A stretch of 64,000 nucleotides of DNA from Clostridiales bacterium (GCA_017551865.1 JAFZKB010000020.1:86818-150817), one strand, 5' to 3'. Positions 44,454 to 55,626 are shown, counted from the first letter of the stretch. Notes: a model not told the origin generated them from the letters alone. A program made the numbers and translations.

Positions 44454-46820
44454 TCAGTCCACTGTCGTTAACGGGACATTAGATGTCTCATTCGTATTCG
44501 CAGTCTGATCTGTCTCTCCGGGAACATCTCCAAGAGGCGGCGTTGAATTAACCGGAGCTTTTTCTTTCGGATCGGAAAGACCGTAGTACGCAAGAAGAAG
44601 TTTCTTGGCGATATCACTCGTGTTCTTTCCCCACTCACCTTTTTCAATACAAAGGGCGATGCAGACCTCAGGATCATCGGCAGGTGCATAGCAGACAAAA
44701 AGTCCGTTCGAATACTCATGCTTCAGATCCTCAAATCCAGTCTCCGCAGTACCTGTCTTACAGGCTACATCAACCGGGAAATCGCCGAAAATACCGTTCG
44801 CCGTTCCAAGAGGGCTGGTAACTACGGCTCTCATTCCGGCGCGGATCGCTTCAAGATAGTCTACATTGAAACCGCACGGAACAGCCGTGGTCGAACCGGT
44901 ATAGAGGATCGATCCATCTGCAGCTACGACATCTTTGATCACGTGAGGCGTGACCAGGGTATTAGTTGCTAATGCCGCAGTGTAGCGGGCAAGCTGAAGC
45001 ACCGTAAAGGAATTGTCGAACTGCCCGATCGCTGCCTGAGCCGTATCCGCGACGTGCCAGTCTTTATCCTCATCGGTATTATTAAGACGCAGACGGCGCT
45101 TATTGGCGCGGTTTGCGCGGACTCCCGGCATCTCACCCTGAAGATCGATACCTGTTAATTCGCCAAGCCCCAGAGCCTGACCGATGCGGTCGATCTCATT
45201 GATCGTAGTATCTACACCAAGCGTGGCAAAATAGATATTGCAGGATGTCGCAAGACCTGTCGTCAGATCCAGAAGTCCATGTCCTGTATCCGGTTTCTCA
45301 AGGCACTTCCAGGGCATGCCACCGAAGTCGGTAGGACTGACGCATCGGACCTCACTATTTTGCGGTGTGATGATGCCACAGTCAAGCGCTGCAAGTGCCG
45401 TGACCATCTTAAATGTGGAACCCGGCGGATATGGAGTACCGATCGCACGGTTCCACATGGGCATGTCCGCTTTCGTGATCTCCTGATATTCATCGATACC
45501 GAGATAATACTTGATCTGTGCTTTGGCCTGCGCATCGCCTTCCATGGAAAGAATAAAATCGCCCGGATCGAAGTCAGGATACGAGCCCATGGCCAGGATC
45601 TCACCGTTTTTCACGTTCATCATGACGAAAGCTCCGGCGGAAGCGGTCTTATACTTTTCTTCCTGAAGCTCCATGGCGCGTTTTGCCGCAGCGATATAGT
45701 CCTTGATCGCCGTGATGCCGACCTGCTGGAGGTTCGTGTCGATCGTAAGTTCTACCGTCGCACCCGGTACCGGATCGATACCAAGATTCGAATCATAGAA
45801 AAAACCGTTCTCTTCATCTGTAGACCATATATTGTATGGTTTTTCACCATACTGGCCGTGGAGATATCTCTCCATACGCTCTTCTACACCGCCCTGACCG
45901 ACGAGATCAGATGCCTGATAGCCGACAGGAGCCAGTTCCGTAAGTCGCTCCTGCGAGATCATGCCAAGGTATCCGACAACGTGAGACGAGACTTTAGCTA
46001 GTGGAGTATAGACCCGTCGGTATTCTTTGTTCGCTATGATGCCCATAAAATGGTAGTTCTGTTCCATCAGGTAACGGATCAGTTCTTCCGGAACATCTTT
46101 GGCGATCATAACCGGAGTACCCGTCTGGAAGGACCAGTTATCCTTATAAATCTGATATCTCAAACGAACGATCCGATAAGCATCTTCCTCGGAATAGTTC
46201 TCATCGACCTTAAACTTGCGTCGCAGATAAAGGAAGAAGATCTTCGGATCATTTTTTACGTAATTGTCAGTATATGTAACGACCGTATTCGGGTTCGGTT
46301 CTTTTAGTGCGAAAAGATTTCGGTTGGTCTGCCAGAGCGCGATCTCTTCATCTGTCTTCAAAAATTCATAAGGATCCACGGAAAAATAGTCATCCAGTTC
46401 AGCTACCGGTACGCAGTTATACTGATCCAGAAGATAAGAAAGCTCCAGCAGAATGGAATTGAGTTCCTGATCAGCAAGGCCGGAATTCGCGAGCATCAGG
46501 ACATTAATCTCCTGCGTTGTGGCGATCACGCGGCCGTTTCTGTCGAGGATGTCACCACGCGGAGCCGGTACGACATACTGATGGGATACACCCTCGGAAG
46601 AAGCTGAGATCTTCTTCGAATAGTCCGAAAACTGAAGCGATACAGTCTTGATCAGGATCAGAAGACCAAATACACAGAACAGAAGGCCGAGCACGAAATA
46701 GCGACTCGTGACGAAATCGAGGACGCGCGAAGTAATATCACCGGCGCCGACCCGCTGGTTCGACGATACGTGATCTTCATCGAAAACATATAAATTGTCG
46801 TCGTTTATATGCTTTGCCAT
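44454..46820 (-). CDS. mrdA: Penicillin-binding protein 2 (elongation-specific D,D-transpeptidase)
   Basis: It has an N-terminal TM helix, a PBP dimerisation domain, the STFK active-site motif (PPGSTFKMV), SCN (ATSCNIYF) and KTGTAE. Confidence 0.85.
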   Translation of the reverse strand: MAKHINDDNLYVFDEDHVSSNQRVGAGDITSRVLDFVTSRYFVLGLLFCVFGLLILIKTVSLQFSDYSKKISASSEGVSHQYVVPAPRGDILDRNGRVIATTQEINVLMLANSGLADQELNSILLELSYLLDQYNCVPVAELDDYFSVDPYEFLKTDEEIALWQTNRNLFALKEPNPNTVVTYTDNYVKNDPKIFFLYLRRKFKVDENYSEEDAYRIVRLRYQIYKDNWSFQTGTPVMIAKDVPEELIRYLMEQNYHFMGIIANKEYRRVYTPLAKVSSHVVGYLGMISQERLTELAPVGYQASDLVGQGGVEERMERYLHGQYGEKPYNIWSTDEENGFFYDSNLGIDPVPGATVELTIDTNLQQVGITAIKDYIAAAKRAMELQEEKYKTASAGAFVMMNVKNGEILAMGSYPDFDPGDFILSMEGDAQAKAQIKYYLGIDEYQEITKADMPMWNRAIGTPYPPGSTFKMVTALAALDCGIITPQNSEVRCVSPTDFGGMPWKCLEKPDTGHGLLDLTTGLATSCNIYFATLGVDTTINEIDRIGQALGLGELTGIDLQGEMPGVRANRANKRRLRLNNTDEDKDWHVADTAQAAIGQFDNSFTVLQLARYTAALATNTLVTPHVIKDVVAADGSILYTGSTTAVPCGFNVDYLEAIRAGMRAVVTSPLGTANGIFGDFPVDVACKTGTAETGFEDLKHEYSNGLFVCYAPADDPEVCIALCIEKGEWGKNTSDIAKKLLLAYYGLSDPKEKAPVNSTPPLGDVPGETDQTANTNETSNVPLTTVD

Positions 46821-47422
46821 TTACGATCCTCCACGCTGTATCCATCCACAAGACCGGAACGGATACCTTTCTTATACGGACCCACAAATCGAAGAAGGAA
46901 CAAAATCGGAATCGTTACAAGTATGTTCGCGAAGATCTGCGGGATGATGCTTGAGAACAGTATATATCGAAGTGAGTGATAGGTCACGAGGTTGCCGGAG
47001 ACAGAAAGGAAGATAAAGGACACAATATGCCCCAGAGAGTAGTAGATCAGGGAGATCAGTATGACCTGAAGGATCCCGAGATTATACTTTCTGCGAAATC
47101 TTTTTCTGAAAAGGACTGAGGCCAGAAGCCCGATATAGAAAAAGGACAGAAGCCCGATACCAAGTACGGCAACCGGTTCTTTGTTCAGTCCGGTTATTAC
47201 CGGGCCGGAAAAGTAGTCACGGAACATGCCTACGATGAGGCCGACAACGATCCCGTCCTTCGTTCCGAAAAGATATCCTGCAAGTACAACGAAAACGAGC
47301 ATTAGATCACATGTTCTTCCGAACACACGGAGAACATGGGAAAACGTAACCTGTATACAGCAGACGCTGGTGATATATACGGCATAAAGAATGATCTGCC
47401 GGGCTCGCTCTTTTTTATTCAT
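46805..47422 (-). CDS. mreD: Rod shape-determining protein MreD
   Basis: It is a polytopic membrane protein in the conserved position after mreC, with an ATGA overlap. Confidence 0.7.
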   Translation of the reverse strand: MNKKERARQIILYAVYITSVCCIQVTFSHVLRVFGRTCDLMLVFVVLAGYLFGTKDGIVVGLIVGMFRDYFSGPVITGLNKEPVAVLGIGLLSFFYIGLLASVLFRKRFRRKYNLGILQVILISLIYYSLGHIVSFIFLSVSGNLVTYHSLRYILFSSIIPQIFANILVTIPILFLLRFVGPYKKGIRSGLVDGYSVEDRKWQSI

Positions 47423-48477
47423 ACGCCACCTTCTTGCGGCTCCGTCGTTCCTTCAGCTCCATTAGAAGATCCTGCTTCGCCGGAAGTTGCATCACCGGGA
47501 AGAGTTGTCGCGTCAGCACTCGAAGTCGTTGAGCCTTCAGGGAGGGATGTTCCGGTAGGAAGAGTGGTTCCCGTCGGGATCGTAACTTCAGAAGGATCCT
47601 TCTTTCCCCCGTTATCTGTCTCTGTATTCGGCACCATGATGAATACGTCCTTGATATCCGAGATGGATACGTACGGACGAAGCGTTGCCGTCGGATGGTC
47701 AGGGTCGGAATTATCAAAGCTTTCAATTGTTCCGATCGGAATACCGGCCGGGAAAAGTCCGCCTTCACCGGATGTTACCAGTTCATCACCGGGCTTTAAA
47801 ATGATATTTGTCGGTATCCTGGTCACGACGCAAAGTCCCTCATTTTTCAGAGTAACGTCACCGGTGACCAGGACGACTGCACCATTTACTTCATTTACTT
47901 TTGCACTGACAGTAAATCCTTCGTGCAAAAGCGGCAGAATCTTCGAAGAATCAACATCTGTCGTCATGACTCGTCCGACAAGATTCATTCGGGCGTCTAC
48001 CACAGCATACGAGCCGTTCGAAGAATCGATACCGTTTTTCGTTCCGACATTTACTCGGATAACACTGAACCACTCATCAGATTCACGGGTAAGCACGGCA
48101 GCTCCATGAATATGGTAGTTCTCGAAAGTATCCTGGATATAGAAAGCACTCTTTAGCTCCTCCCATCGGATACGGGCTTCTTCACCCTGCTGCACTTCAT
48201 ATTCAAGTTCAGCGATCTCTGCACGCAGTTCTTCGTTTTCCTTACGGATCTTCATGCCTTCAGCAATCGCGGAATAAAAGTCGGAGATCTGCGTACCGAT
48301 CTTACGGAAAACATCCTGGATTGGATCCACGATTACGGAAACAGGTTTTGTCACGTTCGAAAGCGGACTTCCCGGGATCGAACTGAGCGCGATAAAAGAG
48401 ACCAGCAACAGCGTTGCCAGTATCATTACAAGCACTTTATTCTGAAAAAGTCTCCGCAAAATCTGATCCTCCTGCAC
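47419..48477 (-). CDS. mreC: Rod shape-determining protein MreC (with a Thr/Ser/Gly/Glu-rich C-terminal tail)
   Basis: It has an N-terminal TM helix, a coiled coil (ENEELRAEIAELEYE) and a beta-barrel region (LVTSGEGGLFPAGIPIG). The true start is probably the TTG at 48459, 7 nt after AGGAGG. Confidence 0.8.
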   Translation of the reverse strand: MQEDQILRRLFQNKVLVMILATLLLVSFIALSSIPGSPLSNVTKPVSVIVDPIQDVFRKIGTQISDFYSAIAEGMKIRKENEELRAEIAELEYEVQQGEEARIRWEELKSAFYIQDTFENYHIHGAAVLTRESDEWFSVIRVNVGTKNGIDSSNGSYAVVDARMNLVGRVMTTDVDSSKILPLLHEGFTVSAKVNEVNGAVVLVTGDVTLKNEGLCVVTRIPTNIILKPGDELVTSGEGGLFPAGIPIGTIESFDNSDPDHPTATLRPYVSISDIKDVFIMVPNTETDNGGKKDPSEVTIPTGTTLPTGTSLPEGSTTSSADATTLPGDATSGEAGSSNGAEGTTEPQEGGV

Positions 48478-48489
48478 AAACTTTTATAA

Positions 48490-48498
48490 AGTATACCA
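48490..48498 (-). promoter_or_regulatory. Extended -10 element (TGgTATACT) upstream of mreC
   Basis: On the minus strand, TGGTATACT lies about 12-30 nt upstream of the candidate mreC starts. The -35 is poor. Confidence 0.3.
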
Positions 48499-48545
48499 CA
48501 CTTTAAAGAAAGCTTGCTTAAAAGAATAGTCATATTACTTTGACG

Positions 48546-49487
48546 TCAGCTTATGCACATAGATAGTTCTTTCCCGTCAGAAAGATACCGCAGACAATTT
48601 TCACCTCTACGCAAGACGAATACCTCATCCGAGAGCATATTTTCTGCTAATGACTTATCTGAGTTGATAGACCGAAGAATGCTAAAAAGCGTCTTTTCAG
48701 CCACCTCGTCATTTTGTTCCACCAGAAGAAATTCATGCACCGATACCGGAAGAAGGTAATAATCCTTGCCGTTTTTCCTGGCAAAGTCGAAGAGAAAGTC
48801 ATTTCGGAGCATGGCTGCCGCTCCGTAAAACGGTGCATCATATGAGATTACGAACACTTTCGGCGCGTTTCTGTCGATCATTTCTTCATCTTCAGCAAAG
48901 TCCAGAAGGTCCAGCGCTTTGATCCGGTACTGCTTCATGTTTGCCATCGCAATCTCAAAAACCATTTCACGGTTCTTCCCCCAGATAGTCAAAAGAGCCT
49001 CATCAACAAGAACGGCACCTCTTCCGATGTTCGGATCATCCAGATAGATCTGGATCACCACCGCCATATCTCCATACACGTGATACGGTGTATGTGCCAG
49101 CACATCCCTGTTCTTCTTGATGTTCATCATCTTCAATATGAGATGATCCTTGACATTGTTCCAGCAGGTGAAGAATTCACCGAACTCCTCTCCAGGAAGG
49201 TTCTTTTCGCTGATAAATTCGATAATGCTCTCAATACAGGATTCAATGGAACTTCCTTTTCTATATGCGTCATAGAAATCCTCATAGTAAAATACAGGAG
49301 CGATCTTATTTCCCGGGACACGAACGATGAGCCCGTGCAGGTCTTTGTTATTCTTATGTATCATTTGTTCGGAAACGGAAAACTTCTTTTTCAGTTTCAT
49401 GGGACCGTATTCGTACTGGGCTCGGAAGGCTGACATGAAATCCGTAAACGACAGCAGTTCCGGGCGTGTTTTATTCTCTGTTCTCAT
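48546..49487 (-). CDS. Hypothetical protein (313 aa), DUF5688-like from memory
   Basis: LSFTDFMSAFRAQYEYGPMK...LHGLIVRVPGNKIAPVFYYEDFYDAYRKG. I see no TM helix and no recognisable catalytic motif. Its start overlaps the radC stop (TAATG). Confidence 0.5.
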   Translation of the reverse strand: MRTENKTRPELLSFTDFMSAFRAQYEYGPMKLKKKFSVSEQMIHKNNKDLHGLIVRVPGNKIAPVFYYEDFYDAYRKGSSIESCIESIIEFISEKNLPGEEFGEFFTCWNNVKDHLILKMMNIKKNRDVLAHTPYHVYGDMAVVIQIYLDDPNIGRGAVLVDEALLTIWGKNREMVFEIAMANMKQYRIKALDLLDFAEDEEMIDRNAPKVFVISYDAPFYGAAAMLRNDFLFDFARKNGKDYYLLPVSVHEFLLVEQNDEVAEKTLFSILRSINSDKSLAENMLSDEVFVLRRGENCLRYLSDGKELSMCIS

Positions 49488-50182
49488 TATTTTTCTACCT
49501 CCAATAGTTTTTTACTAAGCATACTGACCGATACGCCTCTTCCGACAACGATATGGTCGATCACGTCCACACCGATCATCTGACCGTTTTTGACAAAATT
49601 CTTCGTCACTTCAATATCTTCCGGGCTGGGTGTCGGATCGCCGCCCGGGTGGTTATGCGCCAGGATCAGACCTGCACAGTTGAGTTTCACGGCATGACGG
49701 AACACTTCACGGAAACTCAGATTCACGCAGTTTAAACCGCCCTTGCAGATGATCTCGTGCGATATCAGGCGTTTCTGCGTATCGAGAAAAACGGCATGCA
49801 CTTCCTCTGTTTCCAGAAACGCCAGTTTCTCTTCGAAGTACTTTCTTGCGATTTCCTCAGAAAGAAACTGGATACGGTCCTGTTCGGAAAAGGACATGAC
49901 ACAACGTCGACCGATCTCCATACAAGCAATCAGAGTAATAGCTTTCACACGTCCCACGCCTTCCAGCACAGACAATTCCTGAATGGATGACCTCAAAAGA
50001 CCGCAAAGACCATTCGTGCCCTTTTCCGAAAGGAGTCCCGCCGCGATCTCTTTTGAAGATTTTCCTTTGGTACCGGTCTTCAGTACGATTGCCAGAAGTT
50101 CCTCATCAGAAAGTGCAGAGGCGCCGTACTTTTCCAGTCGCTCATAAGGTCTTTCCGAGGGCTGTAATTCGCATATTTTCAT
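49487..50182 (-). CDS. radC: RadC-family JAB/MPN domain protein (UPF0758)
   Basis: It has ERPYERLEKYGASALSDEELLAIVLKTG (HhH region) and the JAMM-like HNHPGGDPTPSPED. The start is the ATG at 50182, after AGGAGGTG. Confidence 0.85.
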   Translation of the reverse strand: MKICELQPSERPYERLEKYGASALSDEELLAIVLKTGTKGKSSKEIAAGLLSEKGTNGLCGLLRSSIQELSVLEGVGRVKAITLIACMEIGRRCVMSFSEQDRIQFLSEEIARKYFEEKLAFLETEEVHAVFLDTQKRLISHEIICKGGLNCVNLSFREVFRHAVKLNCAGLILAHNHPGGDPTPSPEDIEVTKNFVKNGQMIGVDVIDHIVVGRGVSVSMLSKKLLEVEK

Positions 50183-50319
50183 CTTCTCACCTCCTTTTTC
50201 AAAAATTAAAAACCCGACTACAAGTTGAGTTTTCGATCTCATCTCATAGTCGGGTCATTTTCCCGATATAGCGGGCATACGCCCAATATCAATACACGTA
50301 TTCAGTTTTTAGCAGAACA

Positions 50320-50841
50320 TCAGGCTTCCTTCTTACCGCAGCACTTCTTATACTTCTTGCCGCTTCCGCATGGACACGGATCGTTTCTGCCGATCTTCTC
50401 GGAATGAGCAATGTTGTCTTCTCTGTACTGCTTGGTGATCTCCTGGATCTTCTCATCCGAAAGAACATTCTTCCAGCTCGGCAGAGTGAAGAGCCATTCG
50501 GCCTTCGCATCACGCATATTGTAGTAAAGCTTCTCGTAATCAACTTTGAGGGAAACCTCGGAATCGTCGGTTACGGACTTATAGTCATATTCTTCTACCA
50601 GGCTGGAGTTGATACCTTCGAGGAAACCAACAAAGATCTCCATAGTATCCTTAGTAAAGCCGAGTTTTTCAGCAAGTTCAATCGCCTTGCCATTCAGAAG
50701 GTCCTCGTTATCAGGGTATTTGGAAAGGATCGCATCATATGCATTCTTCTCCAGTTCATAGTACTTAGAGATATACGCCTTATAATCGTTTTCATTCTCT
50801 ACGGTTTCGGAACGTTTTGTCCAATCTTCAAAATAGCTCAT
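50320..50841 (-). CDS. SEC-C metal-binding motif protein, N-terminal domain unknown
   Basis: The C-terminus is [21 protein letters not shown]. The start is the ATG at 50841, 8 nt after GGAGG. Confidence 0.65.
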   Translation of the reverse strand: MSYFEDWTKRSETVENENDYKAYISKYYELEKNAYDAILSKYPDNEDLLNGKAIELAEKLGFTKDTMEIFVGFLEGINSSLVEEYDYKSVTDDSEVSLKVDYEKLYYNMRDAKAEWLFTLPSWKNVLSDEKIQEITKQYREDNIAHSEKIGRNDPCPCGSGKKYKKCCGKKEA

Positions 50842-50857
50842 GTAAGCAACCTCCATG

Positions 50858-52057
50858 TCAGTTCAGTTTTTCCGCAATTGCGCGTAAGAATTCTTCTGTA
50901 TTTACGACCTTCTTGTTCGGATGGTCCATAAGTGCATTCAAGTCACCGGTGATGACACCTTCTTCGATCGTATCGATAGAAGCCTTTTCCAGCTTGTCGG
51001 CAAACGCCACAAGATCTGAAAGGTCATCGAGCTGGCCTCTTTTTCGGAGAGCTCCAGTCCATGCAAACAATGTCGCCATCGGATTTGTCGATGTCGTCTC
51101 ACCTTTAAGATAACGGTAATAGTGACGGGTAACCGTACCGTGAGCCGCTTCATACTCGTACTTTCCGGAAGGAGAAACGAGAACGGAGGTCATCATGGCA
51201 AGGCTTCCGCAGGCCGAAGCGACCATATCGGACATAACATCACCGTCATAGTTCTTGCAGGCCCAGAGGATACCGCCCTCGGAACGCATGACACGGGCTA
51301 CCGCATCATCGATGAGTGTATAGAAATATGTGATACCGGCTTCTTCGAACTTGTTTTTGAATTCATTGTCGAAGATCTCCTGGAAGATATCCTTAAATCT
51401 ATGGTCATAGGTCTTGGAGATCGTATCTTTTGTGGCAAACCACAGATCCTGCTTGATATCAAGTGCATACATAAAGCAGGAACGTGCGAAGGCTTCGATG
51501 GAAGCATCGAGGTTATGCATGCCTTCGATTACGCCCGGGCCCTTGAAATCGTGGATCTTCTTTTTCTCCACACGGCCGTCTTCGTATGTAACAACAAGCT
51601 CAGCGCTAGCCGGACCGGATACATACATCTCAGCATCGCGGTACACATCGCCGTATGCATGACGGGCAAGTGTGATCGGCTTCTTCCAGCAGGAAACGAA
51701 AGGACTGATGCCCTTTACGAGGATCGGAGCACGAAATACTGTTCCGTCCAAGATTGCACGAATCGTGCCGTTCGGGCTCTTCCACATCTGCTTTAACTTA
51801 TACTCGTCCATTCTCTGGGCGTTCGGTGTGATGGTCGCGCACTTTACGGCTACACCGAGCTCAGCAGCACGGTTTGCGGCATCGATGGTCACCTGATCAT
51901 CAGTCTCATCACGGTGAGTAAGTCCCAAATCGAAATATTCTGTCTTCAGATCAACATAAGGTTCGATCACGATTTTCTTGATCTGCTTCCAGATGATTCT
52001 TGTCATTTCATCGCCATCCATCTCAACGAGAGGCGTTTTCATTTGTATCTTGGCCAT
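50858..52057 (-). CDS. icd: NADP-dependent isocitrate dehydrogenase, eukaryote-like subfamily II
   Basis: The motifs are [34 protein letters not shown] and [10 protein letters not shown]. The start is probably the ATG at 52057. The ORF track starts at 52078. Confidence 0.9.
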   Translation of the reverse strand: MAKIQMKTPLVEMDGDEMTRIIWKQIKKIVIEPYVDLKTEYFDLGLTHRDETDDQVTIDAANRAAELGVAVKCATITPNAQRMDEYKLKQMWKSPNGTIRAILDGTVFRAPILVKGISPFVSCWKKPITLARHAYGDVYRDAEMYVSGPASAELVVTYEDGRVEKKKIHDFKGPGVIEGMHNLDASIEAFARSCFMYALDIKQDLWFATKDTISKTYDHRFKDIFQEIFDNEFKNKFEEAGITYFYTLIDDAVARVMRSEGGILWACKNYDGDVMSDMVASACGSLAMMTSVLVSPSGKYEYEAAHGTVTRHYYRYLKGETTSTNPMATLFAWTGALRKRGQLDDLSDLVAFADKLEKASIDTIEEGVITGDLNALMDHPNKKVVNTEEFLRAIAEKLN

Positions 52058-52122
52058 TTCTTCCTCCATATCAGACAAAATCCCATTGATTTTATCTTAA
52101 TTCCTTTTTTACGTCAACGCTT

Positions 52123-53166
52123 CTATACCTTCCCGCAGGCGGCAAGAAGAACTTCCATAGACATTCGATCTTCCATCTTTCCCGTCTTGACCCATCGGTC
52201 AGATTCAAAGCAAAGGAAATAGATCTTCTCAAGTTCTTCCATGGTAAAGCCCCGGGCCTGGGAAACAAGGTTTTTCGCAACGAATTTATGGACCTTGAGA
52301 CTGGAAATGACCTTCGCCTCTGTCCCGAGTTCCTTCGCACAGATCAGGTGACGTATGTGACGGGCCAGCATTAGTCGTATCTTCGGGATCGGTTCCTTAA
52401 GAAGGATCAGGTCGTTTAATATCTGAATAGCTCTTCCCGGCTTCTTTTCACCAATGGCATCGGTCATATTAAAGACAGAAGCTCTCACATCCGGGACACA
52501 GAGCTTATTGAGAAGATTCATATCGATGCGGGAAATGCCCTGATTCTCACAGTATAGTACGATCTTCGTCGTCTCGTTGTGGATCATGCGCATGGACGAA
52601 TCCGTGCGGCTGATGACGCTCGCGACACAGTCCGGACTGATCGTAATATTCTTCCTGGAAAGCGAGGAACGGATCCAGGTGGAGAGCGTCTCCTCACTCT
52701 GTGTATCGATTTCCACAAGCATACCGTTCTCGGAGACCACGTCGATCAGCTGTTTTTTGCGTTTATCGACCTTATCCTCCAGAAAAACGACTGTCGCAAA
52801 ATCCGGAACGGCTGCAATGGCGGCTTTCATCTTCTCCACTTCCTTCGGATTGGAAGATGACTTCGGCGACCACCATCCGGCATTACGGATGACAGTCATC
52901 CTGCACCTGGAGATAAACGCCGGAGAACCGACAAGACTTTGAAAATCCTCCACGGAAAGATCCGAGGAACCCATATCTTTCATATAGAAGTCGAGACTTT
53001 CCGCCCCGGGAGCGATCCAGGTCTTCTTCATGAAAGCGATCATATTATCGATCAGGAACTTCTCTTCCCCGCTGACAAGGTATACTCGGGCGATGCTCCC
53101 GTTCTTTACAGAAGCGATCACGTTCGAATACTCTTTCCATCCGGTGGTCTTTTCCAGTTTTGCCAT
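52123..53166 (-). CDS. holA: DNA polymerase III delta subunit
   Basis: It is about 345 aa, starts IARVYLVSGEEKFLIDN, and lies directly downstream of comEC as is usual in Firmicutes. Confidence 0.75.
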   Translation of the reverse strand: MAKLEKTTGWKEYSNVIASVKNGSIARVYLVSGEEKFLIDNMIAFMKKTWIAPGAESLDFYMKDMGSSDLSVEDFQSLVGSPAFISRCRMTVIRNAGWWSPKSSSNPKEVEKMKAAIAAVPDFATVVFLEDKVDKRKKQLIDVVSENGMLVEIDTQSEETLSTWIRSSLSRKNITISPDCVASVISRTDSSMRMIHNETTKIVLYCENQGISRIDMNLLNKLCVPDVRASVFNMTDAIGEKKPGRAIQILNDLILLKEPIPKIRLMLARHIRHLICAKELGTEAKVISSLKVHKFVAKNLVSQARGFTMEELEKIYFLCFESDRWVKTGKMEDRMSMEVLLAACGKV

Positions 53167-53181
53167 ATCGTTCCTCGTTTA

Positions 53182-55626
53182 TTACTCAAAATAATATCTA
53201 AGATGCCACGAATCTTCACGTACCGAAAGGAGAACACAGCCCTCCTGATCCGTACGGAAATACGGTATTTCATGCATATTCAGACGATTCAGGACTTCCT
53301 CTGACGGATGTCCATAATGATTATAACCCACACTTACGACCGCCGCACGATAATTTTTCTTTAAAAGGAAAGCCTCTGAAGTCGAGAAACGGCTTCCGTG
53401 ATGCGCCACTTTCAGGACAGAGATCTCCGAAAAGTTTTTAAGGTCGATCAGATCTTCGATTTCCGCGGATATATCACCCGTAAAAAGAATATTCGCTTCA
53501 AAAAGTTCCAGAAGGATCACCATCGAATCATCGTTTCCGCCATCTTTTGGTGCTTTAGGCCAGATCACATGAAAGCTGAGGTCTTCATCGACCGCAAGAA
53601 CGGAATCTGCTGAAAGAACAGGAACATCTTCCGGGAGCTCCGGATACAGGAACAAAAGCTGCTGCATCTCCTCACTGTCGCCCCAGAAAGGCGCATAGAG
53701 CTGATCCACAAGTCCTTCTTCCCATAGTTCAATGATCCCGCCGACATGATCGGAGTCAAGATGAGACATGAACGCCATATCGATCGAATCGATATTCAGA
53801 TAGTCCATCACACCTTCGATGATCTTCCCGCAGCCCTGATTCCCGCCATCTATGAGCATATTTATCCCGTTGTGGGTAATGAGGGCGCAGTCACCCTGCC
53901 CCACATCGAGAAAGTATATACGGCTTTCTTTCGACGCAAACACACACGTCTGAAGCATAAACGCCGAAAAAAGGCAGCATGCCGAAGAAAAAGCCACTCT
54001 TCTCCGAAATCCGCTTGGAAGCAGAATACACAAGATCACAGATGCAAGAAAAAACGCAAAAACAGGCATTGAATGGTAAGAAAGCCGAAATCCCGATCGA
54101 AAAGAACCCAGTCGGGCAAGAGCGGAAAGAAGGATAACAAGTCCACGGATTGGCACAAAAAGCACCGAATGCAGGAACGGGATGGGAATCACCATACTGA
54201 TCAGTGTCAAAACAAGGCCTAAACTACAGATTATCTGTGCCGGAAACCCGGCTAGAAGAACAGAAATGAAGGAAAACAGAGAGAGAGAATTCCCCATAAA
54301 GATAAGGATCGGCAGCATGCCGACCTGTGCACACAGGAAGCAGGATATGGCCGAAGCAAGGCCTTCCGAAAGATTACCCAAGGCCTTTCGGAGCTGTTCC
54401 GTCGCCCTTCTTTGGAAAAGCATAATCGAAAATGTCGCTCCAAAGGAAAGCAAAAGTCCCTGGGAAAACATGGAAAAAGGATCGGCAAGGATCAGTATCA
54501 AGGCACTTGCGGCACATGAAGAGACACGGTCGACACAGCGGTCATCCAGCGAAAGGAAGCTGACCAGAAGATATGTCAGAATGCTTCGGGAGGCAGAATT
54601 TGCCCATCCTGAGATGAATCCGAAGAGTACCAGCAGCAAAGAAATAGCGAAGATCTTCTTTTTTCTGCTTTTTATAAACAATGCACATAGCGTGCCGATA
54701 GTGGATGAAAAGTAGGCCACGTGGGCTCCAGATACAACAAGGAGGTGGGACAGATTGCTCTTTCGGAACGATTCCTTCGTTTCCTTTTCCATATGTGATG
54801 AGTCACCAACTACCATCGCCGAAAGGATCATAGACGTCTCCTCATCCGTCGATTCCTTCCAGATCTCATAACACTTCTTAGAGATCAGCGATCCAAGATA
54901 GTATCCCCAGCGCATCAGGGAAAACTTCGCATGTGTCACCTTCCTGATGTAGATGCTGTCGATCGATCTGGTGATACCTTTTCGATTATAATATTCTCGA
55001 ATGTTCATATCTCCGGGGTTTCCGCTACTTTGAAAAGTCACAAGGTTCCCTCTGATCGATAGAATATCTGAATATTCAAATCTATCGTCCGTTAGGAAAA
55101 CAGCCTTCTCCCCGGTATCAAGCTTCACAGTAATGTTCTTATACCCGTCTAACAGCCCGTTAGATGAAATTACTCTTGCCGTGCCCTCATACCATTCTTC
55201 TGTAGAATAAGAAATCACGCGTTCTTTAAACAGGGCAAACCCGATGAAGGCCGATGCAAAGCCGCAAATTCCCAAAAACAGGCATGAAAGCTCAATTGAC
55301 TTCCACTTTCCCTGGATAGAAATGCTTCCGAACAAAAGACAGAACGGGACAGCGGTCATCATACGAAAAAATGCCGAACCGAAAAAGGCGATATATCCGC
55401 CGAATACTGTCATCAAGAGGAGAAAAACAAAGGGCCGCAACAGGATGATGTTAAAGATCCGTTCCAACCATTCAAGGAGAGAAAAGGCGCTCTTTCTTTT
55501 CTTTCGAAATGAATTGGAAATCCCATAGACCATACTGCCGCTACCCTTTAAAAGAATTGGTAGCCTCATTGTAGCCGGATCTTTTCGGAAAGAATCAGGA
55601 AAAAACCGACAAAAAGGACGAATCAT
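53182..55626 (-). CDS. comEC: DNA internalisation competence protein ComEC/Rec2 with C-terminal MBL domain
   Basis: It has a polytopic competence domain (SHLLVVSGAHV) and a C-terminal metallo-beta-lactamase motif, VGQGDCALI...HLDSDHVGG...KVAHHGS. The start codon is uncertain. Confidence 0.85.
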   Translation of the reverse strand: MIRPFCRFFPDSFRKDPATMRLPILLKGSGSMVYGISNSFRKKRKSAFSLLEWLERIFNIILLRPFVFLLLMTVFGGYIAFFGSAFFRMMTAVPFCLLFGSISIQGKWKSIELSCLFLGICGFASAFIGFALFKERVISYSTEEWYEGTARVISSNGLLDGYKNITVKLDTGEKAVFLTDDRFEYSDILSIRGNLVTFQSSGNPGDMNIREYYNRKGITRSIDSIYIRKVTHAKFSLMRWGYYLGSLISKKCYEIWKESTDEETSMILSAMVVGDSSHMEKETKESFRKSNLSHLLVVSGAHVAYFSSTIGTLCALFIKSRKKKIFAISLLLVLFGFISGWANSASRSILTYLLVSFLSLDDRCVDRVSSCAASALILILADPFSMFSQGLLLSFGATFSIMLFQRRATEQLRKALGNLSEGLASAISCFLCAQVGMLPILIFMGNSLSLFSFISVLLAGFPAQIICSLGLVLTLISMVIPIPFLHSVLFVPIRGLVILLSALARLGSFRSGFRLSYHSMPVFAFFLASVILCILLPSGFRRRVAFSSACCLFSAFMLQTCVFASKESRIYFLDVGQGDCALITHNGINMLIDGGNQGCGKIIEGVMDYLNIDSIDMAFMSHLDSDHVGGIIELWEEGLVDQLYAPFWGDSEEMQQLLFLYPELPEDVPVLSADSVLAVDEDLSFHVIWPKAPKDGGNDDSMVILLELFEANILFTGDISAEIEDLIDLKNFSEISVLKVAHHGSRFSTSEAFLLKKNYRAAVVSVGYNHYGHPSEEVLNRLNMHEIPYFRTDQEGCVLLSVREDSWHLRYYFE

